From NCBI GenBank assembly GCA_030059665.1, contig JANVYR010000003.1:63716-127715 (forward strand): 64,000 bases of DNA, written 5' to 3'. Below the pieces are notes generated by a model. The model did not search any database. It was not told the DNA's origin and was given only the letters and a program-made list of their open reading frames with translations. The stretch is from Candidatus Calditenuis fumarioli. GTDB lineage: Archaea; Thermoproteota; Nitrososphaeria_A; Caldarchaeales; Calditenuaceae. Below, one piece after another: positions 63,190-64,000 of this stretch; position 1 is the first letter of the stretch; each line of letters opens with the position of its first letter. A program made the position numbers and the translations under genes.

Positions 63190-64000
63190 TCACCTCCTGT
63201 GGATCAGACGCCAGATCCTGTCAGGTGTCAGCGGGAGTTCGTTGATTTTCACGCCGAAGGGTTTCAATGCGTCTTCCACAGCGCTCGCCAGGAGAGGCGG
63301 CATCAGGATGGTCGTTCCCTCTCCGCTGCCCTTCGATCCAATGACCGAGAACGGCGAAGGATGCTCCGTGTGGAGCACCTCCATATCGGGCGTGTCGTAG
63401 GCCGTGGGTGCGAGGTAGTCGGCGAACGTGGTCGCCAGCGGATACCCGTCATCGGTGTATGCGAACTCCTCGAAGAGGGCTCCCGCCAGACCGTGGTAGG
63501 TGGCGCCATGGATCTGTCCGTCCATTATGAGTGGGTTCAGGACAGTACCAGCGTCGTGGACGATCACGAGTTTCTCTACCTTCACGACCCCGGTCTCCGG
63601 ATCGACCTCGACGATGCAACCACCGGCCATGTAAGCGTACGAGGAGCTGTAGTTGGACCTGAGCTTCTCATCCGCAGGTCCGCCTACAGGGAACCTGTAC
63701 GTGTAGGTCTCCTCGAGCCCCGGATCCTCACCCTTTGGCAGGACCGCGAGCTGGTGGTAGGCCGCTCTGGCCACCTCCCTCAGCGTGACGTACCTCTCCG
63801 GAGACTCCTTGACGAAGATCTTGCCGTCCTCGATCTCCAGGTCCTCTGGTCTGCACTCGAGCATGTTGGCAGCTATCCGCAGCACCTTGTTACGCACTGC
63901 CATGGCCGCACCGTACACCGCGCCCACCCCTACCACAGCGAACCTGCTCGCGTAGGTTCCCGACTCACCACCGAACGGATGGGTATGTGAGTCAAAACCT
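63190..64000 (-). CDS. Molybdopterin-binding large subunit of a xanthine dehydrogenase / aldehyde oxidase / CoxL-family hydroxylase (C-terminal part; the 5' end is outside the window)
   Basis: The frame stays open to base 64000 (..GFDSHTHPFGGESGTYASRFAVVGVGAVYG..). C-terminal pattern: GGCIVEVDPETGVVKVEKLVIVHDAGTVLNPLIMDGQIHG...IGSKGSGEG. Confidence 0.85.
   Translation of the reverse strand, partial: GFDSHTHPFGGESGTYASRFAVVGVGAVYGAAMAVRNKVLRIAANMLECRPEDLEIEDGKIFVKESPERYVTLREVARAAYHQLAVLPKGEDPGLEETYTYRFPVGGPADEKLRSNYSSSYAYMAGGCIVEVDPETGVVKVEKLVIVHDAGTVLNPLIMDGQIHGATYHGLAGALFEEFAYTDDGYPLATTFADYLAPTAYDTPDMEVLHTEHPSPFSVIGSKGSGEGTTILMPPLLASAVEDALKPFGVKINELPLTPDRIWRLIHRR

Noticed and set aside
1-64000. 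CRISPR arrays, rRNA genes, IS elements, inteins
   Set aside because: Reading through the intergenic regions, I found no regularly spaced 25-40-nt direct repeats and no transposase- or integrase-like ORFs. PolB, AtpA and Cdc48 have normal lengths without intein-sized inserts. This was a visual scan only, so short degenerate repeats could have been missed.

Overview
This is an archaeal chromosomal segment with very GC-rich third codon positions. It is almost fully coding: about 70 protein genes, 2 tRNA genes and 1 candidate C/D-box sRNA. I saw no rRNA, CRISPR array, transposase or integrase. The gene content points to a thermophilic TACK/Thermoproteota-like archaeon, but I cannot assign a genus. 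That content includes eL13, eL39, eL31, eL43, eS1, aIF6, Pcc1, FEN1, a family-B DNA polymerase, AglB, G1P dehydrogenase, GGGP synthase, A-type ATPase subunit A, a Sulfolobus-type zinc ferredoxin and an intron-containing tRNA-Ser. TATA-like boxes sit 25-30 nt upstream of many start codons. Many genes start with GTG or TTG and are coupled by 4-nt stop/start overlaps (ATGA, GTGA, TTGA). Several track ORFs are over-extended at the 5' end, and I give refined starts where the sequence supports them. Bases 1-40 kb are mostly housekeeping genes. Bases 40-64 kb look accessory, with relaxed GC3, transporters and catabolic genes. Best candidates for something undescribed: (1) at 12.9-15.2 kb, a four-gene envelope module built around a membrane-tethered winged-helix regulator with an HxxxMxxMCPMCxxMM loop. 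It is flanked by a Met-rich CPC cupredoxin, a CPxC thioredoxin-fold protein and a membrane-tethered C2H2 zinc-finger protein, and both divergent promoter regions carry phased CGTTTCG repeats. (2) at 40.8-45.6 kb, a tightly coupled five-gene MoxR/DUF58 operon with three unassigned envelope proteins. (3) at 16149-16208, an unannotated C/D-box sRNA candidate next to tRNA-Leu. (4) small unlisted genes: eL39, a TTG-initiated Cys-rich CWC protein coupled to eL13, and a MoaD/ThiS-like protein ending GG-VP. (5) at 52.5-64 kb, a ring-cleavage/hydroxylase island interleaved with a Liv-type ABC transporter.
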